Position numbers and translations under genes: made by a program. From Methanobacterium sp. UBA410 (GTDB taxonomy: Archaea > Methanobacteriota > Methanobacteria > Methanobacteriales > Methanobacteriaceae): a stretch of DNA of 64,000 bases. The notes under the pieces are model-generated. The model was not told where the DNA came from. It searched no databases and was given only the letters and a program-made list of their open reading frames with translations. Of this stretch, positions 31,482 to 40,424 are shown one piece after another (the stretch's first letter is position 1; every line of letters starts with the position of its first letter). The stretch spans positions 1,772 through 65,771 of the forward strand of contig DAHH01000019.1 of NCBI GenBank assembly GCA_002498385.1, given 5' to 3'.

Positions 31482-31489
31482 TATATAAA
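31482..31489 (-). promoter_or_regulatory. candidate archaeal TATA box (TTTATATA) for the tRNA cluster
   Basis: A consensus TTTATATA on the minus strand about 95 nt upstream of the tRNA-Asn 5' end. An 8-bp-stem inverted repeat (CCTGCAAA...TTTGCAGG, 31404-31432) lies in the putative leader. Confidence 0.35.
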
Positions 31490-31991
31490 CGTTGCGGATG
31501 TAGGAGTTTCTGGATAAAAAATATGTTTCCATGCTGAATTTTGATGATTCTATTTATTTTATGTGTACATTCATTTAAAAGGTTATTTCTATAAATATTT
31601 AACGGTTCAAGCACCAAATCTCTAAGTTTTATTTTTATTTTTATTTAAATGAATTAAAAAACGTTTTACCACATTTGCAGGTATTGTTTCCATTTAGATA
31701 GGATGTAAACGGGTTCAAATGTCGTTAGATCTTAGTTTCCTGTATTCCCATTTCAGCTTGAAAAAATAGTTAACTAAGTAAAGTTTCCATTTATATGGTT
31801 CAACTTTTTTCATGAAGAACAGATTTATATGCATGTATCATTCAAAATAAGGAACATAAAATAAATATGTGGATCATCTACCTACCATGGAGATCCTGCA
31901 TTACTACCCAATTACTACTTAATTCTTTTTTTCTACCCTGATGAAGGGATTAGTGTAAAATTAGTACAAAAAAATAGTTAAAGGGCAGATC

Positions 31992-33032
31992 ATGAACCTC
32001 ATCAACAAAATCAAGAACTTTCAAACACTTGAACTTCTCAATGAATCCAACAGAATCACACTAAAAGAACATGGAAATAAAATATCCCTTGAAAGAGCTG
32101 TTTTCCTTTCATGGTGGTGCGAGAGGGGAGACTGCGCATTCTGCTACATGTCCTCCCAAAAATCCAGGATCAGGAAACCAGAAACAGCGCGCAGAAATGA
32201 AGAATCCATCCTCACGGAGGCAGAACTCACAAGAAGAATAGGATGGAACATAGAGTTCTTATCAGGTGGCTACGGTTCATTCACAACCCCTGAAATTAAA
32301 AACATAGCCGGGAACATCTACAAAATAACTGGAAAGCCAGTATGGCTCAATGTTGGAATAACCAAAGATCTCGAGGCATACGGCGATGAAATAGCAGGAG
32401 TGACAGGGGCAGTGGAAGCTGCAAACCCTCAGCTCCATGATAAGATCTGTCCAAGCAAATCCTTGGATGACATCGTTGAAATGCTTGAACTTGCAGGGGA
32501 TCTGGGATTTAAAAAAGCTATAACCATTATTCTGGGACTTGGAGAAACTCCAGAAGACCTTAAATATCTATGGGACATGATAGAAGATCTTGGAATTGAC
32601 AGGGTGACTTTTTACTCCCTGAACCCCCACAAGGACACCATCTATGAGAACGAACCCCAGCCTGCATCACTCTACTATGCTGGGGTTGTTGCAGCCACCA
32701 GAATAAGGTTCCCAAAACTTAAAATAATCACTGGCACCTGGACAGACAACCTTGCCAACATAGGACCCCTGCTTCTTGCAGGTGCCAATGGACTTACCAA
32801 GTTTCCACTCTTCAAGATGTTCGGAACAGGACGCGGTAAAAGAGTTGAAGATGAAATTTTATGGGCTGGTAGAACACTTGAAGGAACCTTCACAGATTTT
32901 GACAGACTCTGCAATGGTGAAGTTCCCAATCCAAAACTCGAGCCATTCATAAAAAGATATATTGATCAATGTCTCAATAACAAACCAAATAAAAGATTAA
33001 AACCAAAGAATGAATCAACAAACCAGATCTGA
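31992..33032 (+). CDS. radical SAM protein, BioB/ThiH-like, with an atypical CX4CX2C cluster motif
   Basis: 'LSWWCERGDCAFCYMSSQ', 'FLSGGYG', and TIM-barrel-like periodicity. Confidence 0.7.
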   Translation: MNLINKIKNFQTLELLNESNRITLKEHGNKISLERAVFLSWWCERGDCAFCYMSSQKSRIRKPETARRNEESILTEAELTRRIGWNIEFLSGGYGSFTTPEIKNIAGNIYKITGKPVWLNVGITKDLEAYGDEIAGVTGAVEAANPQLHDKICPSKSLDDIVEMLELAGDLGFKKAITIILGLGETPEDLKYLWDMIEDLGIDRVTFYSLNPHKDTIYENEPQPASLYYAGVVAATRIRFPKLKIITGTWTDNLANIGPLLLAGANGLTKFPLFKMFGTGRGKRVEDEILWAGRTLEGTFTDFDRLCNGEVPNPKLEPFIKRYIDQCLNNKPNKRLKPKNESTNQI

Positions 33033-33094
33033 AATTTAAGCTCACAATAAGTTATAACCCACAAAATTCATACCAGGAGGAATAAACCATTAAA

Positions 33095-34456
33095 ATGAAA
33101 TGCGGATTGGAAATTCACGTTCAGCTTGAAACTGATTCCAAACTATTTTGCACATGTCACACAAATTATCAGGAAGCCCCTCCAAACTCAAACATATGCT
33201 ACGTTTGTTTAAACCAGCCCGGGGCCAAGCCTTACCCACCAAACAGAGAGGCACTGGACGGGGCAGTGAAAATAGCCCTGATGCTTGGATGTAAGATATC
33301 CCCGGATATAACATACTTCCAGCGTAAACACTATGACTACCCTGACCTCTCATCAGGATACCAGCGAACATCCATACCCATAGGTTTTGAGGGCGATCTA
33401 AACGGCATCAGAATAAGGGAGGTTCACCTTGAAGAGGACCCGGGCCAGTACAAGCCAGACCTTGGAATTGTTGACTTCAACAGGTCTGGAATACCTTTAA
33501 TTGAGATCGTGACAGAGCCTGACATGAAATCACCGGAAGAGGCACGTACATTTCTTAAAGAACTTATAAGAGTGTTGGAGTACAGTGGAAGTGCACGTGG
33601 AGAGGGAACCATGCGTGCAGACGTGAACATTTCCCTTGAAGGCGGTAAGAGGGCCGAGATCAAGAACATAAACTCCATAAAAGGGGCTTACAAAGCCCTC
33701 AAGTTTGAGATGGTTCGTCAGAAAAACCTCCTTAAACGAGGAATAGAAATAAAACAGGAAACAAGAGCATTTCTTGAGTCACAGATGATAACAGTTCCAA
33801 TGCGTCTTAAAGAAGAGGCAGAAGATTACAGGTACATACCAGATCCTGATCTACCTCCAATGCTTGCAGAGGAAGAACGTATTGAGGCCATAAGGGAAGC
33901 AATGCCGGAACCAGCCCACCTGAAAACAGAACGTTTCGTTGAAGAGTATGGAATTGAAAGATCCCATGCAAAGGTTTTAACATCAGAACTGGAGCTTGCA
34001 GATACATTTGAAGAGGTTGCAAAGAGTGTTGATCCAGAGTTTGCTGCCCTCTGGATGAGGGATGAGCTCAAGAGGGTTATCTACTACAACAAGATGAGCT
34101 TCAAGGAAAGTGGAATAACCACAGCCCAGATAGTGGAACTTCTCAAGATGTTGCAGTCTAAGGAGATCACAACCAAGGCAGGACAGAGGATTGTTGAGAA
34201 ACTGCCTGGAAACAGTGAAATGCCCCGTAAGATAGCAGAGGATCTGGGACTTTTAGGTGTTGTAGAAGAGGATGCTGTCTTGAAGGCAGTGAAACAGGCT
34301 GTGGATGAAAACCCGGCAGCTGTTTCAGACTACTGTGAAGGTAAGAAAAATGCTGTGAACTTCTTGATAGGCCAAGTAATGAGGTTAACAAGGGGTAAAG
34401 CAGATCCAGGAGAAACTTTCAAGCTTATTGAGAAGGAGTTAAAAGAGAGAGTTTAG
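33095..34456 (+). CDS. gatB: Asp-tRNA(Asn)/Glu-tRNA(Gln) amidotransferase subunit B
   Basis: 'MKCGLEIHVQLETDSKLFC', 'HLEEDPG', 'NRSGIPLIEIVTEPD', and a C-terminal YqeY-like tail. Confidence 0.9.
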   Translation: MKCGLEIHVQLETDSKLFCTCHTNYQEAPPNSNICYVCLNQPGAKPYPPNREALDGAVKIALMLGCKISPDITYFQRKHYDYPDLSSGYQRTSIPIGFEGDLNGIRIREVHLEEDPGQYKPDLGIVDFNRSGIPLIEIVTEPDMKSPEEARTFLKELIRVLEYSGSARGEGTMRADVNISLEGGKRAEIKNINSIKGAYKALKFEMVRQKNLLKRGIEIKQETRAFLESQMITVPMRLKEEAEDYRYIPDPDLPPMLAEEERIEAIREAMPEPAHLKTERFVEEYGIERSHAKVLTSELELADTFEEVAKSVDPEFAALWMRDELKRVIYYNKMSFKESGITTAQIVELLKMLQSKEITTKAGQRIVEKLPGNSEMPRKIAEDLGLLGVVEEDAVLKAVKQAVDENPAAVSDYCEGKKNAVNFLIGQVMRLTRGKADPGETFKLIEKELKERV

Positions 34457-34476
34457 ATCTACTTAAACAGTTTTTT

Positions 34477-34552
34477 AAGCTTTACATTTAACTCTAAGCT
34501 TTACATTTAACTCTAAGCTTTACATTTAACTCTAAACTTTACACCTAACTTT
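34477..34552. repeat. 19-nt tandem repeat, three perfect copies plus one degenerate copy (aagctttacatttaactct)
   Basis: 34477-34495, 34496-34514 and 34515-34533 are identical; 34534-34552 is diverged. Starts 21 nt after the gatB stop. Confidence 0.9.
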
Positions 34553-34649
34553 ACTAATTCAGGGAATTTTGTTGGACCAACTGAAGTTTTGGGTCAACAT
34601 GTTCAAGTTTGAGGATACCTTTGGATTCTCAAACATCAAAATCCTCACG

Positions 34650-34877
34650 ATGGCAAAAAATATCATAAACATGATTTTATGGCATCCTGAAATGGATATT
34701 AACAAGGCCAAAATAACCTATGTACATAGGGGGGCTAAAGGAAACCTTAAAACAATTAATGGAGATTTTATTGAAGGTTTAAAAGGTGGATTTTTAATAC
34801 TGAAGGATGGAACACAAATTCCATGCCATAGAATTGTTAAAATAGAACTTAAAGATAGGTTGTTATGGAAAAAATGA
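34650..34877 (+). CDS. UPF0248/DUF504 family small protein
   Basis: 'ILWHPEMD...ITYVHRGAKGNLKTINGDFI...IPCHRIVKIE'. ATG at 34650 gives the usual length of about 75 aa; the TTG at 34569 is unlikely. Confidence 0.65.
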   Translation: MAKNIINMILWHPEMDINKAKITYVHRGAKGNLKTINGDFIEGLKGGFLILKDGTQIPCHRIVKIELKDRLLWKK

Positions 34878-34931
34878 GTTTGAATGATGATTAATTAAAT
34901 GATGCTTAAGATCTTAAATAGGAGACTTTAA

Positions 34932-35738
34932 ATGACGAGTTCAGCTTTAGTAAAAGATTACATGACTCGAAATGTCATCACTGTAACCCCTGAAACGCCC
35001 AACAACGAAGTTATAGAGCTCATGAAACGTACTGGCCACGATGGTTTTCCTGTTAAAAGCAATGGAGAAGTGATTGGAATAGTTACAGCATTTGATCTTC
35101 TCCTTAAGGAGTGGGTACCAGAGGTCAAGGGAATAATGTCAACTGACGTGGTTGTTGCAGACCATGAAATGCCCATAAACGATGCATCAAGGGTGATGTT
35201 TCGTATGGGAATATCAAGACTTCCTGTTGTGGATAAACAGGGAAAGTTAGTTGGTATACTTACAAATACCGACATCGTACGTTCTCATATTGAAAGATCC
35301 ACTCCCATGAAGGTTAAAAATTTCAAAAAAACCCTGGAAGACCTTTACAACATAAAAACCAGGATAGTCCGCATGAAGGTACCCATAAAGGAGTTAAGGC
35401 CAACTCAGGACAAGATATACGCTGATGAACTGCAAGGAAGGACTTATGAACTTAAAAGGGGTCTTGCAGAGCCAACAATAGTTGTTAAGGTTGGAAACCG
35501 TTTTGTGCTTGTTGATGGACACCACAGAACTGTTGCAGCACGTAAATTGGGTTATAATGAGATTGATGCATACGTGATCCAAATTGATGAGGACATGAGA
35601 CTTGGACTTGAAAAAACAGCCGATAAAGATGGCATATTTTCATTTGAGGACATAAAAATAGTAGACGATGCACAGCACCCCCTGATTGCATTAACCGAAA
35701 GCATGAAAAAAGGAACTGAGTCTAAAAAAGGAGGTTAA
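34932..35738 (+). CDS. CBS-pair / ParB-like (ParBc/Srx fold) fusion protein
   Basis: Two CBS motifs ('HDGFPVKSNGEVIGIVTAFDL', 'ISRLPVVDKQGKLVGILTNTDI'), then 'LRPTQDKIYADEL...FVLVDGHHRTVAARKLG'. Confidence 0.75.
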   Translation: MTSSALVKDYMTRNVITVTPETPNNEVIELMKRTGHDGFPVKSNGEVIGIVTAFDLLLKEWVPEVKGIMSTDVVVADHEMPINDASRVMFRMGISRLPVVDKQGKLVGILTNTDIVRSHIERSTPMKVKNFKKTLEDLYNIKTRIVRMKVPIKELRPTQDKIYADELQGRTYELKRGLAEPTIVVKVGNRFVLVDGHHRTVAARKLGYNEIDAYVIQIDEDMRLGLEKTADKDGIFSFEDIKIVDDAQHPLIALTESMKKGTESKKGG

Positions 35739-35741
35739 AAA

Positions 35742-36029
35742 GTGAAAGACGAGGTAATCAGGGAAGTTTACCAGGTTCTCGAGGAGAGAAGGGACAATCC
35801 AATAGATTCTTACACCTCAAAAATTATGAGGGACAGCGACAAAAGGGCGGAGGACAAGATACTTGAGAAAGTGGGTGAAGAAGCAGCTGAGGTTATACTT
35901 GCATCAAAAAATGATGAAAACCTTGTTTACGAATCCGTTGACCTCATATTCCACACACTGCTCCTTCTGGTTTACAAGGGCGTTGATCTGGATGAAGTTT
36001 TCGATGAGTTCAAGCGCAGGAGGCACTGA
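35742..36029 (+). CDS. hisE: phosphoribosyl-ATP pyrophosphohydrolase
   Basis: 'SYTSKIM...[19 protein letters not shown]...[13 protein letters not shown]'. GTG start after GGAGGT. Confidence 0.85.
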   Translation: MKDEVIREVYQVLEERRDNPIDSYTSKIMRDSDKRAEDKILEKVGEEAAEVILASKNDENLVYESVDLIFHTLLLLVYKGVDLDEVFDEFKRRRH

Positions 36030-36192
36030 TTTTTAAAGGTTTTTTTTCAATACCCTTCCAGCTCATACTCCTTTTTACACGAGTTAAAATAGACTTTTTT
36101 TTGGAATTTTAGGAAATTTTCATGAAAAACAGGTTCAACTAAAATAAAATAAAAAATTGATGTGATCTTAACTTTTTACTTTAATCCAAATC

Positions 36193-36735
36193 CTAGCTTT
36201 TTACTTCCTTCATGAACCGGGTTTTAACTGCGCACGGATCCATATCAATTATTGGAACCTTTGCATTGCCCTTTTCAACCTTCACATGGACGAAAACAGG
36301 TCCTTTGCTCTTTAAAACTTCATTGAAGTTGATTTCATCCTTGAAGAAAAATGTTTTCCTGAATCCAATGGACTCTGCAACTTTTTTAAGGTTAACTGTT
36401 GAGGCGTAGGTTTTCTGGCATCCTGTTGAACCGTAGCACCCGTTGTCAAGAACCACAAGGATTAGGTTTTCTGGGTTCTGGTTGTAGGTTGTGACAAGGC
36501 TTCCAAGGTTCATAAGAACGGAGCCGTCACCGTCCAGGACCACGACCTTTTTGTCTGTGGACATTGAAAGCCCAAGCCCGATTGAGGAGGCCATGCCCAT
36601 TGAGCCCATCATGTAAAAGTGGGTTTTCGAATCTTTAACATGATACAGTTCCCTTGAAGGGAATCCTATGTTACATATTACCAGTTCGTCCTTAAGCTGT
36701 CCTGTGATCCGGGAGATAGCATCTATTCGTTTCAT
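36193..36735 (-). CDS. comE: sulfopyruvate decarboxylase beta subunit (ThDP pyrophosphate-binding half)
   Basis: '[13 protein letters not shown]...[19 protein letters not shown]' is the GDG-x-N ThDP motif. 180 aa, methanogen context. Confidence 0.8.
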   Translation of the reverse strand: MKRIDAISRITGQLKDELVICNIGFPSRELYHVKDSKTHFYMMGSMGMASSIGLGLSMSTDKKVVVLDGDGSVLMNLGSLVTTYNQNPENLILVVLDNGCYGSTGCQKTYASTVNLKKVAESIGFRKTFFFKDEINFNEVLKSKGPVFVHVKVEKGNAKVPIIDMDPCAVKTRFMKEVKS

Positions 36736-36833
36736 GTTTTTTCATCCTTGATTCAATTTATTCCAACCATCTTTTTCAATTCATTACTCTCTTCTTTAAT
36801 CTTAAGCCATTTCCTGTTCTCTATAAACTAAAT

Positions 36834-37262
36834 TTACAAATCTCTCTCAAGTTTGATAACAGCATCCTGCACTGCTGATGTTAACTTAACACCATTCTCT
36901 TCACCTAAAATCATGGAGTACCTTTTGAAGAGGTTTTTCCAGCATGCAACTATTTTCTCTGTTAGTTCCAGTCCTTCTTCTGTGGGGTGGAGTGATGGTG
37001 ATTTTCCTTCAACTTTCCTCTCAACAAAACCCTTGTGCTCCAGTTTGTCCACAAAACGCGAGATTGTTGATGGTTTAAGATCAAGTTCACGGCTCAGACG
37101 GCTTTGGGATATTCCCGGGTTTTTGTTGATTAGCATGAGGGCAAGAGCCTGGGATGGGAAGAGGTCTGTTTCTCTGAATTCTTCCTCAGCCATTCTGGTC
37201 AGTACCCTTGACAATCTGCTGCTTGTGAAGTATAAACAGTTACAGAGGGATCCATCCACCAT
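36834..37262 (-). CDS. MarR-family transcriptional regulator
   Basis: Winged helix 'SQALALMLINKNPGISQSRLSRELDLKPSTISRFVDKLEHKGFVERK'. Confidence 0.8.
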   Translation of the reverse strand: MVDGSLCNCLYFTSSRLSRVLTRMAEEEFRETDLFPSQALALMLINKNPGISQSRLSRELDLKPSTISRFVDKLEHKGFVERKVEGKSPSLHPTEEGLELTEKIVACWKNLFKRYSMILGEENGVKLTSAVQDAVIKLERDL

Positions 37263-37282
37263 AATCTTTTCTCCTGTATTTA

Positions 37283-37299
37283 AATGCTTTTAAAGCATT
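37283..37299. promoter_or_regulatory. 8-1-8 palindrome AATGCTTT-T-AAAGCATT; candidate MarR operator
   Basis: A perfect inverted repeat 21 nt upstream of the marR start, in the divergent spacer towards the flavoprotein gene. Confidence 0.4.
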
Positions 37300-37497
37300 A
37301 GAAAATGAATTTTTCAACTTTAAAAGTTAATATGTTGCTGTCGGTATAAAAAATTGTTCCCTGATTGTGGTGAACCTGGATTTTTGGTGTATCACACATG
37401 GTTTACGCAGCAACTTGAAAAAGATTCATGCAGCATCTATAGAAAGATTTATATATGTTTGTACATACAATCTTCTTTGAGGATAGAGGTTCAAAAA

Positions 37498-38049
37498 ATG
37501 AAAGTACTGGGATTTGTTGGAAGCCCAAGGGAAGGCTCAAACACAGGAATAATGGTTGATGAAGTTTTAAAAGGAGCTTCTGATGAAGGAGCTGAAACAA
37601 AGGTCTTCAACCTCAACAAAATGAACATAAAACCATGCCAGGCATGCCAGCACTGTAAAGGCAATGCTGGTGAATGTGCCACAGACGATGACATGCAAGA
37701 TATTTACAAAGAGATAAAGGAAGCAGATGCTTTTGTACTCGGCGCACCTATCTACATGTGGCAGATGTCTGCCCAGGCAAAGCTGTTCATAGATAGGCTT
37801 TATGCGTTCTTCAAGACTGGATTTGAAGAAAAGTACGGTAAAAAAGATGTGGCACTGGTTTTCACACAGGGGAACCCTGAAGACATGTTTGCAGGATACA
37901 TAGACTCCACAAAAGACATGTTCAACTTCCTGGGTTACAACGTCAAGGGCGTGCTTTCTGCAAAAGGAAACCAGGCACCAGGAGACGTTAAAAATAAGGA
38001 AACTATTCTTAAAAAAGCAAGAGAGATAGGTAAAGACCTGGCCAACTAA
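37498..38049 (+). CDS. flavodoxin-fold NAD(P)H-dependent FMN reductase / iron-sulfur flavoprotein-like
   Basis: '[17 protein letters not shown]', 'CQACQHC', '[25 protein letters not shown]'. ATG at 37498 follows GAGGT; the track start at 37354 is not credible. Confidence 0.75.
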   Translation: MKVLGFVGSPREGSNTGIMVDEVLKGASDEGAETKVFNLNKMNIKPCQACQHCKGNAGECATDDDMQDIYKEIKEADAFVLGAPIYMWQMSAQAKLFIDRLYAFFKTGFEEKYGKKDVALVFTQGNPEDMFAGYIDSTKDMFNFLGYNVKGVLSAKGNQAPGDVKNKETILKKAREIGKDLAN

Positions 38050-38144
38050 AAATTTTTATTTTTTAATTTTATTATTTTTGTTAATTGATGTAAATTTTTG
38101 TTAATTGATGTAAAAAGAGTCAACAAGGTTACGAGGTTTTTAAA

Positions 38145-38681
38145 GTGGAAAATGAAGCACTGGAAAATGAAGCATTGAAGGTTATAAAAAATCGTAAAAG
38201 TGTGAGAAATTATCTGGATAAACCTGTTGGTGAAAAAGACCTGGAAACTTTGATAAAATCAGGTATGGCTGCACCAAGTGCTGTTAATTTAAGACCATGG
38301 GATTTTTTAGCTGTTAAAAATGGATCCACACTCAAAGCTCTGGCAGATGTAATGCCCTTCGGTAAAATGCTCTCTGGTGCGGGTGCAGCATTGATAGTCT
38401 GTGGCACGCCTGAGAAATCCGTGCCGAATGCTCCTGAATTTTGGGTACAGGACTGTTCTGCTGCTTCAGAGAATATTCTTCTGGCTGCAGAATCCATGGG
38501 ACTTGGAGCTGTTTGGCTGGGTGTTTATCCAGTTAAAGAACGAATCCAAGGCGTTAGAAACATCCTTAACATCCCTGAAAACGTTGTTCCCCTGAACATC
38601 ATTTCAATAGGTTATCCTGCAGGTGCAGAAAAGCCCAAAAACAAGTTTGAGGTGGAAAAAATTCATAAAGAGAAATGGTGA
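38145..38681 (+). CDS. nitroreductase-family protein
   Basis: 'RKSVRNYLDKPV...MAAPSAVNLRPWDFL...LGAVWLG'. The N-terminus contains a 15-nt tandem duplication (ENEAL-ENEAL, 38148-38177). Confidence 0.8.
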   Translation: MENEALENEALKVIKNRKSVRNYLDKPVGEKDLETLIKSGMAAPSAVNLRPWDFLAVKNGSTLKALADVMPFGKMLSGAGAALIVCGTPEKSVPNAPEFWVQDCSAASENILLAAESMGLGAVWLGVYPVKERIQGVRNILNIPENVVPLNIISIGYPAGAEKPKNKFEVEKIHKEKW

Positions 38682-38825
38682 GAGCTTTTTTAGTTGTTTA
38701 ACTTAATTTTTTAGTTTAATCTTTTTTAGATATAAAATTTTAAATGTTTTTTTATTTTTAAAATTTAATTTTGTGTGATATGATAAGAAAATAATATGAT
38801 AAGAAAATATGGAAAGTGAGAGCAG

Positions 38826-39173
38826 ATGAAGGTCATGGCATTTAATGGAAGCTCAAGAAAGAGGGGAAACACTGCAGCCCTGCTTGAGAAAGCCCTTGAA
38901 GGGGCCAGACCAGAGGGAGCAGAAACAGAACTAATTCACATCTACGATCTGGATTATAAAGGATGTAAAAGTTGTTTTGTCTGCAAGCTGAAGGGAAGTA
39001 AAAGCTACGGAAGACGTGCTCAGCGGGACGCTTTGACACCCTTACTTGAAGAGGTTAAAAACTGTGATGCTCTTATATTGGGTTCAGAATTAAAGGCAAA
39101 AAGGCACAGGGAAGTTTTCCCTGAGGACTGTGAGAAGGCCTTCAAGATGGGTGCCAGGTTTGCAGGAAGATGA
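38826..39173 (+). pseudogene. internally deleted remnant of a flavodoxin-fold FMN reductase paralog
   Basis: Matches the 37498 gene through 'MKVMAFNGSSRKRGNT...CKSCFVC...CDALILGS', then jumps to a C-terminal tail. The FMN-binding core is missing. 115 aa against about 183. Confidence 0.5.
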
Positions 39174-39268
39174 TGTGTTTGTTGACCAAGTCCAAAGTCC
39201 TTCTAATTTCAACACTCTTCAGGTTCAATTTATTTTTAAGCTTCAATCAATCTTCATCACCAGATTCA

Positions 39269-39766
39269 TCACCAGAATGTGATGTTAAGGAGCACTCCAA
39301 CTGGCATGCTCCCTGTTTCGGCCAGCTTCCATGATTTTTCAATTACTTCGAGGGCTTCATCAGGTGTTTGTGGGTTGAAGTAAGGAACGTCCAGTGCATC
39401 GAGAATCTTGGATGTGGCCTTGCCCATGGGTATCTGTGCTGATATCCCCTCGCCAAGGGTTCCTCTCTGGCTTATGACCATTAAAATTGGGAATCTGTAA
39501 AGTTTAAAGAGTGATGCAAGCACGTTAACCGAGTTTCCAAGCCCTGAGTTCTGCATGAGAATTGCGGGTTTTCTGCCCCCCATGAAGGCACCGGCACATA
39601 TTCCAAAACCTTCTTCCTCCCGGGTTACAGGTACGTGGGTTATCTCAGGGTCGCATTCAATCATTTTCAGAACCTTTCCAAGGTTAACACATGGTACGCT
39701 CACTATAAAATCTATTCCTGCTTTTTTCAGGGCATCATAAACTGCTTGACTGCTGTCCAACTTCAT
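39269..39766 (-). CDS. comD: sulfopyruvate decarboxylase alpha subunit (ThDP pyrimidine-binding half)
   Basis: '[13 protein letters not shown]...[36 protein letters not shown]'. 165 aa. Confidence 0.8.
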   Translation of the reverse strand: MKLDSSQAVYDALKKAGIDFIVSVPCVNLGKVLKMIECDPEITHVPVTREEEGFGICAGAFMGGRKPAILMQNSGLGNSVNVLASLFKLYRFPILMVISQRGTLGEGISAQIPMGKATSKILDALDVPYFNPQTPDEALEVIEKSWKLAETGSMPVGVLLNITFW

Positions 39767-40424
39767 ACACCTTTTATTTAAATTCTTACCTGGTTAAATT
39801 TAATCAACGCATTTAATTGAAAATTCCATTTAATTGAAAATCTTTTTCTCTGTTATAGAAGTATATCATCATGTAATTTAACTTTTTCAGGCAATGAACT
39901 GTGGGTTCGTAGTGTATCCACTTACAGTAATGGACTTTTAAAAACAATCTGAAAAACTAGAAATAAATTTTAATGGTTTAAGCTGATGTTTAGGTTAAGT
40001 CCTGAAGTTTGTTTATCTTTTTTTACAAAACAAATAGCGTAGGGATCCGCTATGTAAATTTAGCCTGTATGGATCCCCACATCTTGTATCGAAGGAAATG
40101 GCTGAATTAATAACATTCAATCAAATTCCATGATTTAGTAATAACAAACTCATTCTTCTTCCTATTGTAGATACCTTTCCCTTGATAATATTTAATAATT
40201 TCTATTTCTTCTGTATTATTACTTTCACCTTGAATCCATGGATTTTCGTAATAATCAGGATTAAGTTATTACTATTTGAGGTTATTTAAGTAAATAGTAA
40301 TAAAACTAACTTAAGTATTACTTTCGAGATGATTTTTCCTTTAAAAGTAATAATAATAATTGGATCGAAAGTATTATAAGTATATGACTCTAACCACAAA
40401 TTGTACTTACAATAAGAAAAGGAG

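Noticed and set aside
36853-37293. 146-aa plus-strand ORF overlapping marR.
   Set aside because: The minus-strand frame gives a textbook MarR winged helix. The plus-strand product is Ser-rich with no motif.
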